Positions 1-9,200 of a stretch of 38,310 nucleotides of DNA are shown piece after piece. The DNA lies in assembly GCA_019923655.1 (NCBI GenBank), contig JAHXGL010000004.1:1-38310 (forward strand). Reading direction: 5' to 3'. Every line of letters starts with the position of its first letter. The first letter of the stretch is position 1. The position numbers and the translations under genes are program-made. The notes under the pieces were generated by a model. The model was given only the letters and a program-made list of their open reading frames with translations. It was not told where the DNA came from and made no database searches. Source of the DNA: Candidatus Nealsonbacteria bacterium. GTDB taxonomy: Bacteria; Patescibacteriota; Minisyncoccia; Minisyncoccales; RBG-13-42-11.

Positions 1-1849
1 CTCTTCTTCTTCTGACAACTTTAACATAAGCGCATCCCTGATCTTTAATATCTTGCAGAACTCTAAAGCCAATGCCTCTAACCCTAATAAGGTCGTCTAA
101 TGAATCAAAGGGGCGATTATCTATTATTCTTTGAGCCCTAACTTTTCCAATTCCTTTCAAAAAATCTAAATGTTCAAACGAGGCAGTATTAATATTAACT
201 CTCCTTCCATCTGCGCAAGGATTATAGACTGTCTCGTCTTTTTTCAGCGGTATTTCTTCTATCACAGGGCTTTGGTTCTGCTTTCCAGGGGTTGGAGGCT
301 GAAGCTCAAAATCATTTTGATTATTGCCTGTGTCTTGGTAAGCTTGATTGTTTTCGTCCCATTTTCTTCCCATGCTTTCTCCAGAAACAGGATTTTCAGC
401 CGGAGCGGTTTCAAAATGTTGCGGCTTGCCCCAGCCAATTTTGTCAACTATTTCTTGATTTGGATTTCTTAAAACCAAGGAATTGTTTTCTGTTAAGGTT
501 AAACCAGGCAAAACAATATCAGGGGTTTGAGAAGTATCAGCGGTTTCAAGAGTTCTGGCAATCAGAAAATGGCTTTTGGGTTGAATTGTCTTTCCTTCAA
601 ATTCGGCTGAAGGGACAAGAGAATGCCAGAAACGTCCGGTTTCTGTTTTTCTTTGAATATACCAGCCAGTTAGATTAATTTCCTCATCATTGGGATTGTA
701 AAGTTCAATAAACCTTTGTTCGATCGGTAAAATTTGAATTTCTGAAATTAGAATTTTTGGCGCTGGCGCTGGCGCTGGCGCTGGCGCTGGCGCTGGCGCT
801 GGCGCGCCGCCTCCTCCTCTGCCAACAAAAACAGGAGTTTTAATAACATAAGCGCATCCCTGATCTTTAATATCTTGCAGAACTCTAAAGCCAATGCCTC
901 TAACCCTAATAAGGTCGTCTAATGAATCAAAGGGGCGATTATCTATTATTCTTTGAGCCCTAACTTTTCCAATTCCTTTCAAAAAATCTAAATGTTCAAA
1001 CGAGGCAGTATTAATATTAACTCTCCTTCCATCTACGCAGGGATTATAGGCTATCTTGTCTTCATCTTTTTTATCTTTATCTTCTTCTTCCTTTTCTTCT
1101 TCTTTATCTTCTTCTTCAGCTAATTCTTCGTCTGCATCTTCTTCAATTTCCTTTTGTTCGTCAAGTTCTTGCTCTTTAATTTCCTTGTCTTTAATAAACT
1201 CCTGCCTTACTTTCACAATCTCATCTACTCTTTGGCTAAGAGAATCAATTCTTTCAGCAATATCATCTAACATTTCCTGAATTTCAGCCAAAGACATTCT
1301 TGGCTGTGGTTCTTGTTCTTGCTCTATTGCCATGTTTGGCTCTGGCATATCCGTTGTTCCTGGCTCCTGTTCTGTTATTTCTGCCTCTTCTATTTCTTCT
1401 GCTTGTTCTACTTCTAGAATCGCATTTGATTCAAAGGGATTGATTGCTTGAATCCCGTCCCAGACCCTTTGAAATATCCTGTTAAAAAATTTTTCTATTC
1501 TCCCAGAAATATTTTCTGCCAATTTTCTTATGCTTTCCCACACACCAGGAGTTTTTTCTAAAGGATGCTCTATTTGCGAGTGTTCGCTATTTTGTTCTGC
1601 ATTTATTTCAGGAACAGGAATGGGTTTGTGCCAATTTTTTCCAAATTCATATTGTTTTACTTCTGTTTCAATAAATTCTCTGTTTCCCGGCAAAGACAAT
1701 ATTTTTTGCATTTGAGAATAAGTAATGTCTTGAGATAAATCAAAGAATTGCAATGCCCTATATTCTAAAGATTTCTGCTCTACCAGTGCATCAGATGGCC
1801 CTAAAAATACAACAATTATTAAAGCAAAAATAATTATTTTTTTAAGCAT
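1..1849 (-). CDS. Secreted/anchored ComEA-type (helix-hairpin-helix x2) + lamin-tail-domain protein, 3' end outside the window
   Basis: Not in the ORF track because it runs off the left edge. ATG at 1849 (MLKKIIIFALIIVVFLG signal/anchor), then an acidic linker, HhH module 'VNINTASFEHLDFLKGIGKVRAQRIIDNRPFDSLDDLIRVRGIG', (AP)8 linker, LTD-like 'ILISEIQ..RFIELYNPNDEEINLTGWYI..IVDKIGWG..PTPGKQN', and a second HhH module. Confidence 0.85.
   Translation of the reverse strand, partial: MLKKIIIFALIIVVFLGPSDALVEQKSLEYRALQFFDLSQDITYSQMQKILSLPGNREFIETEVKQYEFGKNWHKPIPVPEINAEQNSEHSQIEHPLEKTPGVWESIRKLAENISGRIEKFFNRIFQRVWDGIQAINPFESNAILEVEQAEEIEEAEITEQEPGTTDMPEPNMAIEQEQEPQPRMSLAEIQEMLDDIAERIDSLSQRVDEIVKVRQEFIKDKEIKEQELDEQKEIEEDADEELAEEEDKEEEKEEEDKDKKDEDKIAYNPCVDGRRVNINTASFEHLDFLKGIGKVRAQRIIDNRPFDSLDDLIRVRGIGFRVLQDIKDQGCAYVIKTPVFVGRGGGGAPAPAPAPAPAPAPAPKILISEIQILPIEQRFIELYNPNDEEINLTGWYIQRKTETGRFWHSLVPSAEFEGKTIQPKSHFLIARTLETADTSQTPDIVLPGLTLTENNSLVLRNPNQEIVDKIGWGKPQHFETAPAENPVSGESMGRKWDENNQAYQDTGNNQNDFELQPPTPGKQNQSPVIEEIPLKKDETVYNPCADGRRVNINTASFEHLDFLKGIGKVRAQRIIDNRPFDSLDDLIRVRGIGFRVLQDIKDQGCAYVKVVRRRR
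22..1049. repeat. 206-bp in-frame direct repeat (22-227 and 844-1049) encoding the duplicated HhH module
   Basis: Identical over 22-212/844-1034, with 2 mismatches in the last 15 bp. The 822-bp offset is a multiple of 3. Confidence 0.95.
758..805. repeat. (TGGCGC)8 hexamer microsatellite encoding an (Ala-Pro)8 linker
   Basis: Eight perfect tandem copies read directly. Confidence 0.95.
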
Positions 1850-1880
1850 AGATACTTTATTTTAATTCATTATCCAAATA

Positions 1881-1987
1881 TGAACTACCACTAGGCTAAA
1901 GACCTATTGGCTTCTCGGGTCGTAAGACCTGCTATTGCAGTATCCTCGCTAAAGGGCAGAACCTGCCCTAATTTTAAGATATTTTTT
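1881..1987 (-). mobile_element. Orphan copy of the IS200/IS605 right end / TnpB omegaRNA (reRNA) scaffold
   Basis: Matches 16217-16371 with 2 mismatches, apart from an insertion in the 16-kb copy. It ends GAAGCCAATAGGTCTTTAGCCTAGTGGTAGTTCA on the minus strand. No tnpB body or left end is seen. Confidence 0.9.
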
Positions 1988-2014
1988 TATATATATTTTT
2001 CTTCTTTAATAGCT

Positions 2015-2539
2015 CTATTCTGTCTGAATCAGAGCGCGCAGATGTTTTAAGCCGCGATGAATCATTACTCTTACTGTTGTTTCTGGTTTATTTAATATTT
2101 TAGCTATTTCTGAAACAGACAAATCATCTAAATAATGCCAAATAATGACATCTTGATAGTCCTGCTTTAATCTTAATAGTCCTTTTCTGATTTGCTCAAT
2201 ATCTGAATCAATAGCTGCTTTTTCTTCTAATCCTATGCCGGGGTCAACAATTTCCATATTTTCAATTGAAACAGTCTGTTTTTTCTGTTTCTCCCGATAA
2301 TGATCAATCACTAAATTGCGGGCAATTTGGTATAAAAAAGCGGAAATGTTTTTAATTTTGTTCTGGGGCATAGGACAAGGATTGTAAGCTTTTTTGAATG
2401 CTTGCCATCCTCGCAAAAAAACCTCTGAAGTTATGTCCTGGGCAATTTCTTGAGAATTCACCTTCAAATAAACAAAACGATATATCTTGTTAATATGTTG
2501 GTCAAAAATTCTGCTAAATTTTTTTTTAAAATCAGGCAT
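2015..2539 (-). CDS. ECF-family RNA polymerase sigma factor
   Basis: Region 2 'AQDITSEVFLRGW..FLYQIARNLVIDHYR' and region 4 'LSVSEIAKILNKPETTVRVMIHRGLKHLR'. Confidence 0.93.
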   Translation of the reverse strand: MPDFKKKFSRIFDQHINKIYRFVYLKVNSQEIAQDITSEVFLRGWQAFKKAYNPCPMPQNKIKNISAFLYQIARNLVIDHYREKQKKQTVSIENMEIVDPGIGLEEKAAIDSDIEQIRKGLLRLKQDYQDVIIWHYLDDLSVSEIAKILNKPETTVRVMIHRGLKHLRALIQTE

Positions 2540-2553
2540 AATTGCGTATACAT

Positions 2554-2578
2554 GCTGTCGGGGTCAAACCCCGACAGC
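2554..2578. repeat. Perfect 11-bp hairpin containing a GGGGTCAAACCCC REP-like core
   Basis: GCTGTCGGGGT-CAA-ACCCCGACAGC. Related cores occur at 25363, 25394, 32152, 32473 and 32486. Confidence 0.7.
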
Positions 2579-2628
2579 CACCGATAGCCAATTGCGGTTT
2601 AAGAGATAGGACATTTTACCTTTTTTAG

Positions 2629-2920
2629 CCGAGAAAGCTCCGTTGATTTTAGTCGTGGAGATGAATCGGCTTGATTTCTTTAAGTGTTTTGATAAAATAA
2701 ATATAGGTAGACTTTCAAAGCGGTTATACCGACTGGAATTTCTCGCAACATCAATTCTCTGTTGCGTGTAAAGTCGCAAGAGTATTTCTAACAGGGCTGG
2801 GCAAAGTTCAGTGCGTGCTCTCATTGGAGATGTCTAAGGCTGAACATTATCCCTTCGCTGAGAATACAACCTTATTCGTTGAAGCGAGAATCTTCTGACT
2901 TTAGTCATGGAGAGTGTCAA
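2629..2920 (+). mobile_element. Non-autonomous IS200/IS605-family element (left end + omegaRNA-like right end, no ORF)
   Basis: Left-end-like hairpin GAAAGCTCCGTTGATTTTAGTCGTGGAGATGAAT and right-end hairpin GAATCTTCTGACTTTAGTCATGGAGAGTGTCAA share a GAyTTTAGTC loop core, and the element ends in TCAA. The left boundary is approximate. Confidence 0.7.
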
Positions 2921-3332
2921 TTTCCTTTAATGCCTGTAAAATCTTTTTTTGCCTCTTTGATATCACGCGCGGCAATGTCTCTTGATGGTTTTTCCCGGAA
3001 ACAGAAAAACCCCTTTCAAGGGTTCCACTCTTTTTTTGCAGCTCGGAATTCTTTAATTCTTGTTTTAGTTTAGAATATTCCTGTTGAACATATAAAACAT
3101 CGTAAGGATTAACCCAGTTTTGAATTTTAGCCACCTCAAAAAAACTATTAAGAACCTCAAAGTCTTTTTCGTTTTCAGGGGCAAGCTTGGGATTGCTCCT
3201 TATCAAAACCACTAAAATATCATCGGCTAATTCCCGCATTTTATACCTTAAAGGTTCTTTTTTCGGAAAAAACAAGGTTAGCCGATAAAGATTAGTTGTA
3301 AGCTGGATTGAAAATTCTTTATTCACCAACAT
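2901..3332 (-). pseudogene. Helical-bundle (likely + HTH) protein truncated by the IS605-type element
   Basis: N-terminus 'LTTNLYRLTLFFPKKEPLRYKMRELADDIL'. The frame enters the element right after 'KRQKKILQALKE', which looks like the first helix of a winged HTH, and stops inside it. Confidence 0.55.
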
Positions 3333-3360
3333 ATTCTAAAAAATAAAATTGTGAAAATAT

Positions 3361-3388
3361 ATTATAGCATAACTAAAAACTCTGTCAA
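3361..3388 (-). promoter_or_regulatory. Sigma70-type promoter TTGACA-N16-TATAAT with extended -10 TG
   Basis: Consensus hexamers ~30 bp upstream of the ORF starting at 3332. Confidence 0.75.
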
Positions 3389-3566
3389 ATTTTCTGTCAA
3401 TTTTCAGATTCCAAAGATATTATTTAATATAGCAAAATTAAAAAACAGGTCAAGGGGGCAATTATACCAAAGGTTTTTTTGTTTTGTAAGCGCAATACCA
3501 GCCCGTAAAAATTTTTTAAAGCTCATTCCTTTGGATGATACGATAACTATGATATAATTAAAAAAG

Positions 3567-3640
3567 CGGGGTGTGGTGTAATGGCAGCATAAGCGCTTTG
3601 GGAGCGTTTGGCCCGAGTTCGAATCTCGGCACCCCGACCA
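3567..3640 (+). tRNA. tRNA-Pro (TGG)
   Basis: CGGGGTG/CACCCCG acceptor stem, anticodon loop TT-TGG-GA, GTTCGAATC T-loop, encoded CCA. Confidence 0.96.
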
Positions 3641-3666
3641 ATCTCATAGAGATCAAAGAATACTGT

Positions 3667-3740
3667 GCGGGTGTCGTATAGTGGTAATACCCCAGTTTTC
3701 CAAACTGGCGCCAGGGGTTCGATTCCCCTCACCCGCTCCA
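3667..3740 (+). tRNA. tRNA-Gly (TCC)
   Basis: GCGGGTG/CACCCGC acceptor stem, CCAGT-TT-TCC-AA-ACTGG anticodon arm, GTTCGATTC, encoded CCA. Confidence 0.96.
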
Positions 3741-3971
3741 GAATCAAACTTTCGGATTTTATCATATAAATGCTTGTAATAAAATTAATCATAATCTAAG
3801 ATCGTAGTTTATTTTTCCACTCTCCTATTTTTAGATGATAAATTTGAACAAATGTTAAGAGCTAAAACCATATTTAACAGTCCTAAATTTATTTCTTTAC
3901 AAATTAATCACTACGAGGGGGGAAAGTTAATTAATATAGATGATGAAGTTATTAAAAATTTCAGCTAATTT

Positions 3972-5696
3972 TTAAATAGTATTACCACGTCCCAATATTT
4001 CTGACTCGACTGCTACACGTTTTTTATCAAACTTGCGGAAAAGTGGCCCCATTTTTTGGGGAAATTTTATTTCTTCACGGGGTAGTTTAAATTTCCAATT
4101 ATTTACTCCCTTTATTAAGGGTGTACTACGAGGATATCCAAGTAATGTGTTTAGAGATTCTGCACTATCTGGCATAAAGGGATAAAGAAGAATTCTTAGT
4201 GCATCAATAATAGCAATGTTGTTCTGGATTACGGCTTTAATTTTTTCTTTATTTTGAGCATTAATTTCCCAGATTTTATATTTATCTACATATTGATTTC
4301 CAAAAGAAACCAAATCTATAATTTTTTTCAGTGCTTCCTTAAATCTTCCTTGCTCTAGACAAGAAGATGAATCTCGAAAAGTTCCCTCAATGTTTTTAAT
4401 AACCTCTTTATCGAAAGCACTTTTGGTAAATCTTAAGTTAAAACCAAAGCTCTTAACGGTAAATGTAATTACGCGATGGATAAAATTGCCAATAGTAGCT
4501 ACCAATATATTATTATTAGTTTCGATAAAATCATTCCATCGAAAATCTAACTCTTTTTGTTCCGGCATATTAAATGCTAAATAAAATCTGATGCTATCTA
4601 CCGGATAATTTTCTAATAAATGTTGAGTATTTATGTACCAGTGACGACTTTTGCTCATTTTTCTTCCTTCTAGCAACAAAAATTTATTAACAAAAACATT
4701 TTTGGGCAAATTAATTTTTTTATCATAGGCGATTAATTGAGCTGGCCAGTTAATAGTATGGAAAACTAAATTATCCTGACCAACAAAATAAAAAGTTTCG
4801 CCATCTGGGCTATAAAAAAATTCTTTCCAATAATCTGGGAGTTTTATACGCTGGGAATATTCAATTGCCGCAGAAAGATATCCGATTACAGCCTCAAACC
4901 AAACATAAAATACTTTATTTTTAATATTTTCTATTTTTTGGTCTCTTGAAATATATTTAGTTGGCAAAGGAACCCCATAGTCCATGTCTCGAGTAATCGC
5001 TCTTTCCGTCAGTCCCTCTTTAATCCATCCTAAGGCTTCTTTTTTTACCCACTCTCGCATCTCTTTTCTAGAAATTAACCATTTTTCAATAGGTTTTTGA
5101 AGCTTCTCAAGGTCAAAAAAATAATTCTCAGTAGGTTTTATTGTTAAACTACTTTTATCAATTTTAGAAATTGGATTAATAAGTTCTAGGGGCTCAAGTA
5201 CTCTTCCACAAGCTTCACACTGGTCCCCGCGTGCCTCTTCCGAGTAACAATAAGGACACCCTCCTTTAATGTATCTATCTTGAAGAAATTTTTGTGATTT
5301 TTCTGAATAAAGTTGTTTCGTCTTAAGAATTTTAATATAACCCCCTTTCATTAGTCGTAAAAACATATCCTGAACGGTTTTTTTATGAATATTGGTATGG
5401 GTTGAGGTATAGATAGTATATTCTATTCGGAATTTCTTTAAATACTCTTGATTAAGCTTATGGAATTTCATAGCAATCGCTTCGGGTTTAACCCTTTCTT
5501 GAGAGGCTCGAATAGTAATGGGTGTACCATGAAAATCAGAACCAGAAACCATTAATACCTCGTTTCCAGAAAGTTTGTGAAAACGAGCAAAGATATCTGG
5601 AGGTAAATAAGCTCCAGCAAGATTACCGATATGAAATAAATCATTTACATACGGCCAAGCAACACCAATAAAGATTTTTCTTCTTGGATTTAACAT
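3972..5696 (-). CDS. metG: Methionine--tRNA ligase
   Basis: 'AWPYVNDLFHIGN' (HIGH-like), Zn knuckle CPYC..GDQCEAC, 'YVWFEA', KMSKS. Likely start is ATG 5696 rather than 5831. Confidence 0.95.
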   Translation of the reverse strand: MLNPRRKIFIGVAWPYVNDLFHIGNLAGAYLPPDIFARFHKLSGNEVLMVSGSDFHGTPITIRASQERVKPEAIAMKFHKLNQEYLKKFRIEYTIYTSTHTNIHKKTVQDMFLRLMKGGYIKILKTKQLYSEKSQKFLQDRYIKGGCPYCYSEEARGDQCEACGRVLEPLELINPISKIDKSSLTIKPTENYFFDLEKLQKPIEKWLISRKEMREWVKKEALGWIKEGLTERAITRDMDYGVPLPTKYISRDQKIENIKNKVFYVWFEAVIGYLSAAIEYSQRIKLPDYWKEFFYSPDGETFYFVGQDNLVFHTINWPAQLIAYDKKINLPKNVFVNKFLLLEGRKMSKSRHWYINTQHLLENYPVDSIRFYLAFNMPEQKELDFRWNDFIETNNNILVATIGNFIHRVITFTVKSFGFNLRFTKSAFDKEVIKNIEGTFRDSSSCLEQGRFKEALKKIIDLVSFGNQYVDKYKIWEINAQNKEKIKAVIQNNIAIIDALRILLYPFMPDSAESLNTLLGYPRSTPLIKGVNNWKFKLPREEIKFPQKMGPLFRKFDKKRVAVESEILGRGNTI

Positions 5697-5843
5697 AAAT
5701 TTAATAAGATGATTAACAATAATTATGTCCCAGCCTCCCAAGGGCGGGGCTACTTTATCAAAACAAAAACTTTGGCAATTTTCAAGAATTTTTGATAAAA
5801 TAAGTTCGAGCGTGGTTGTAAATATACTCAATGCAAAACCCTG

Positions 5844-7373
5844 CTATTTTGCGTATTCAATTACTCTTGTTTCCCTGATAACATTAACTTTTATCTCTCC
5901 TGGATATCTTAATTCTTCCTGAATCTGATTGGCAATCGCTCTCGCTAAATTCCTGGCTTCTAAATCGTTAATCTCTTCCGGTTTAACAAAAACTCGGACT
6001 TCCCGACCGGCCTGCAATGCCCAAGACTTTTCTACTCCGGGAAATCTCAAGGCAATATTTTCCAGATCTTTTAATCTTTTCAAATAATTTTCCAGCGTGT
6101 CTTTTCTCGCCCCGGGCCGAGCTCCGGAAATTTGGTCAGCTGTCTGAATTAAAAGCGCTTCAATGGTCTCAGCCGGATATTCTTCATGATGAGATTTCAT
6201 CGCGGAAATTATTTCTTTTTCTATGCCGAACTTTTCTAGAATTTTAATTCCAATATCAACATGGGTTCCTTCTACCTGGTGATCAACCGCTTTGCCAATA
6301 TCGTGCATTAGCCCGGCTTTTTTGCAAACCAACGCATCAGCCCCCATCTCTGAAGCTAAAGCTGAAGCTAAATAAGCAACTTCAATTGAATGAGTTAAAA
6401 CATTTTGGCCATAACTTGTTCTAAATCTTAGCCGTCCCAATAACTGGATTAATTTAGGGTCAAAACCAATAATCCCAATATCAAAAACCGCGGCCTCTCC
6501 AGCCTCCTGGGTCTGCTTTATAACTTCGTTTTCCGCTGATTTAACTTGCTCCTCAATCCTGGCTGGCTGAATTCTTCCGTCTTTGATTAGCTTCTCTAAA
6601 GCAATTTTAGCGACCTGGCGCCGAATAGGACTGAAACAGGAAAGAATAACTGTTTCCGGGGTCTCGTCTATTATTATTTCAACGCCGGTTAATTTTTCTA
6701 AAGCCCTGATATTTCTTCCTTCTTTGCCAATAATTTTGCCCTTGATTTCGTCAGAAGGCAAAGCAACTGAACTGGTGCTTATTTCTTGCGTTTGACTTAA
6801 GCTGTACTTTTGAATAGCGGTTGCTAAAAATTTTTTAGCCTCTCTTTCGTATTTTTCCCAGCCCTCTCTCTCCATTTTCCTGATTCTTTCTAAAATTTCT
6901 TGCTGATATATTTTTTCTAAGTTCTGAACCAGTTCTTTTTTGGCTTCTTCCTTGGAAAGATTGGAAACCCTTTCCAGATTTTTCAAAGACTCCTCCCTTA
7001 ATTTTTCCAAGTCTTGTTCTTTTTTGCTAACCCTTTCTATTCTTTTTTGAAATTCTTTTTGGTCATCTTCAAAAACAGAAACTTTTTGATTTAAGAAATT
7101 TTCTCTTTTTAATAAAATCTGCTCGGTTTTAAATAATTCATAACGTCGGCCATCTGTTTCTTTTTTACCTACTGCCAAAATTCCTTCAGCTTTCTGCTGG
7201 GCATTGCTTATAATCGTTTCAGAATCTTGCTTTGCTTTTAAAACCTTTTTTTTAATCCTGGCCTCTACGGTGCCAGCTTGCTTTTGAGCAATTGATTGCC
7301 GGGCATAATAACCGAAAACTATTCCAAAAACCAAGACTATTATCCCTGCCATCAACAGAATAAACAAATCCAT
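5844..7373 (-). CDS. rny: Ribonuclease Y
   Basis: N-terminal TM, coiled coil, KH 'KGKIIGKEGRNIR', HD 'RTSYGQNVLTHS..LMHDIGK'. Confidence 0.97.
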   Translation of the reverse strand: MDLFILLMAGIIVLVFGIVFGYYARQSIAQKQAGTVEARIKKKVLKAKQDSETIISNAQQKAEGILAVGKKETDGRRYELFKTEQILLKRENFLNQKVSVFEDDQKEFQKRIERVSKKEQDLEKLREESLKNLERVSNLSKEEAKKELVQNLEKIYQQEILERIRKMEREGWEKYEREAKKFLATAIQKYSLSQTQEISTSSVALPSDEIKGKIIGKEGRNIRALEKLTGVEIIIDETPETVILSCFSPIRRQVAKIALEKLIKDGRIQPARIEEQVKSAENEVIKQTQEAGEAAVFDIGIIGFDPKLIQLLGRLRFRTSYGQNVLTHSIEVAYLASALASEMGADALVCKKAGLMHDIGKAVDHQVEGTHVDIGIKILEKFGIEKEIISAMKSHHEEYPAETIEALLIQTADQISGARPGARKDTLENYLKRLKDLENIALRFPGVEKSWALQAGREVRVFVKPEEINDLEARNLARAIANQIQEELRYPGEIKVNVIRETRVIEYAK

Positions 7374-7466
7374 AATACAATTTTAGACTAGCAATTAACA
7401 TTATTAATAATTAACATTTATTTCTAGCGCCTGTTTCAGGATAGCAAAAGTTGTCAAAAATGTCAA

Positions 7467-7492
7467 AACCCTGGCTCCAAAGAGCTAGGGTT
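7467..7492 (-). terminator. Probable intrinsic terminator
   Basis: AACCCTGGCTC-CAAA-GAGCTAGGGTT hairpin downstream of the 7537 gene. Confidence 0.55.
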
Positions 7493-7536
7493 CTTTAATA
7501 AACATCTTTTTCAAAAAACGAATTACATAAACTCAA

Positions 7537-9024
7537 CTAATGTGGGTTCAAGCCCACGCTCCCAGATCCCATAACAAGGAAGTTGCTTATTATATCTCCT
7601 TTTCTGAAAGGAAAAATCTCTTTAAATGTTTCAATAATAATCGCCATAAACGGAATCTCTAAAGGCAGCCACATAAATGGCGGAACTTCTCTCCAAATCG
7701 GCAAAGGCAAAGTAGGTGTCAATTCCCTGGTAATAGAACAGACAAATCCGCTATGATCTTCAACTTGTAGTTTAACAGTATGTTTTACATGACCAGTAAA
7801 AACATGGGTTGCATGTTGAACATTTGTCCTGTCCCATATGCCGTCATGTGGGATAGCAAAATCAAAATCCCATCTCCAACTACTGCAAGTTGTTGTGGCG
7901 CTCCCAGCAGCAAAACAAACAGATCTGTCAGTAAATTGGACTACCTCTCCAACAGCCGGTGGATCAGGCGACCAGATAAAATTACGGGGGTTTGGGGGTG
8001 TCGCACCTGGAGGATCCTGGTCTGGAAATGGATGAGCAACAGTAGAAAAAGAAGGTCCAGTTACCCATTCAGACGCTAAACCATGATTATCCCAAACTTT
8101 TACTCGCCAATAATAAAGAGTATTAAAAGCAAGCCGTCTTTCTAGGGGTGGGGGCACTACGAGTAAGTTTGGAGATCCCCCAGCTGTTTTCCCGGTATCT
8201 ACAACAAAGGGGCTAAAAGCAGTATTAGTAGCTATTTGAACTCGAAAAGCTGATTGGAAATCTTTAGGAGGACCAATATCAGGATCACTAAATTCCCACC
8301 TGACCCGAACCGGGGGATAACCAGTCCTCCCGCAATACTCAATTGGGTTATGGGGATCCTTTGAAAGGTTTATTGCTGTAGGGGGTTGATTAAGTCTAAA
8401 AGTAGTTGTCACTTGATGGTCAATAGGGCCAGCAGGCAGAGATTCTTTATCATTGAAACTAATCCAGCCAACCACATCATCGCCCCAGGCCCAGCCGCGA
8501 AATTCATTAGGAGCAGGCGCAGGCACAGTTTCTAACCAAACTCCGTATTCTGTATTGGTTCCTGTTTCTCTTCCTCTCATACTTATCCAGCCATCCCAAC
8601 CGCCAAGTGTCTGGCCTTCGGGTGTTATTGCTCTTTCAGCCCTTGCCCAGCCAGAAACATTGCCAGTAGCTAAATCAACTCTACTGGAAGTAGCTGTTGT
8701 TCCAACCCCGGTTGGAAAAGGGCCTGCTGGATCAAAATGAATCCAGCCAATATTTGAAGACCAGGCATAACCAACTAATCTCCCTCTCCTGGGAATGGGT
8801 AAGTGGCCGCATAGAGTATCAGCATCCCCGGTACAAATATGAACCCCGTAATTTATTCCTCTAAAACTAATCCAGCCGATATTTCCTGACCAAGCCCAGC
8901 CAGCAACATTAGGTACCGCTCCAGCTATAACCAAAGAGCTTTTATAAAAATCAAAAACTATTTGGCTCATTCCTAAAAAACCAAAAATTATTAAAAAAAT
9001 CAATAGATATTTAATTTTTTTCAT
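7537..9024 (-). CDS. Secreted surface protein with GWAWS/GWISF repeats, Fn3-like and PKD domains
   Basis: N-terminal hydrophobic anchor, repeated 'GWAWSGNIGWISF', 'YYWRVKVWD', PKD-like 'GEVVQFTDRS..WRWDF..HVFT'. Likely start is ATG 9024. Confidence 0.75.
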   Translation of the reverse strand: MKKIKYLLIFLIIFGFLGMSQIVFDFYKSSLVIAGAVPNVAGWAWSGNIGWISFRGINYGVHICTGDADTLCGHLPIPRRGRLVGYAWSSNIGWIHFDPAGPFPTGVGTTATSSRVDLATGNVSGWARAERAITPEGQTLGGWDGWISMRGRETGTNTEYGVWLETVPAPAPNEFRGWAWGDDVVGWISFNDKESLPAGPIDHQVTTTFRLNQPPTAINLSKDPHNPIEYCGRTGYPPVRVRWEFSDPDIGPPKDFQSAFRVQIATNTAFSPFVVDTGKTAGGSPNLLVVPPPLERRLAFNTLYYWRVKVWDNHGLASEWVTGPSFSTVAHPFPDQDPPGATPPNPRNFIWSPDPPAVGEVVQFTDRSVCFAAGSATTTCSSWRWDFDFAIPHDGIWDRTNVQHATHVFTGHVKHTVKLQVEDHSGFVCSITRELTPTLPLPIWREVPPFMWLPLEIPFMAIIIETFKEIFPFRKGDIISNFLVMGSGSVGLNPH

Positions 9025-9200
9025 CTTCTTAGAAATCAATCTCTTAACTCTATTCTTATTCTATGTCAACCAATCTTTTATGTCAAGCCCTGTTTTCCAA
9101 AAATTTCTCAAACCCTGGTTCAATTTCATGACATTTAGAATTTTATTTTTTTGCGACATAATTTTTTGTTTTAATTTAGAAGTTTCAAATGCTCCTTTTT

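Noticed and set aside
22-1049. Diversity-generating retroelement TR/VR pair
   Set aside because: Only two mismatches, in opposite directions rather than adenine-specific. Both copies are in frame within one gene, and there is no reverse transcriptase in the window.
170-1715. Short ORFs in the track (170-472, 262-447, 292-678, 1056-1280, 1530-1715)
   Set aside because: They are shadows of the long minus-strand ComEA-LTD frame that runs off the window edge.
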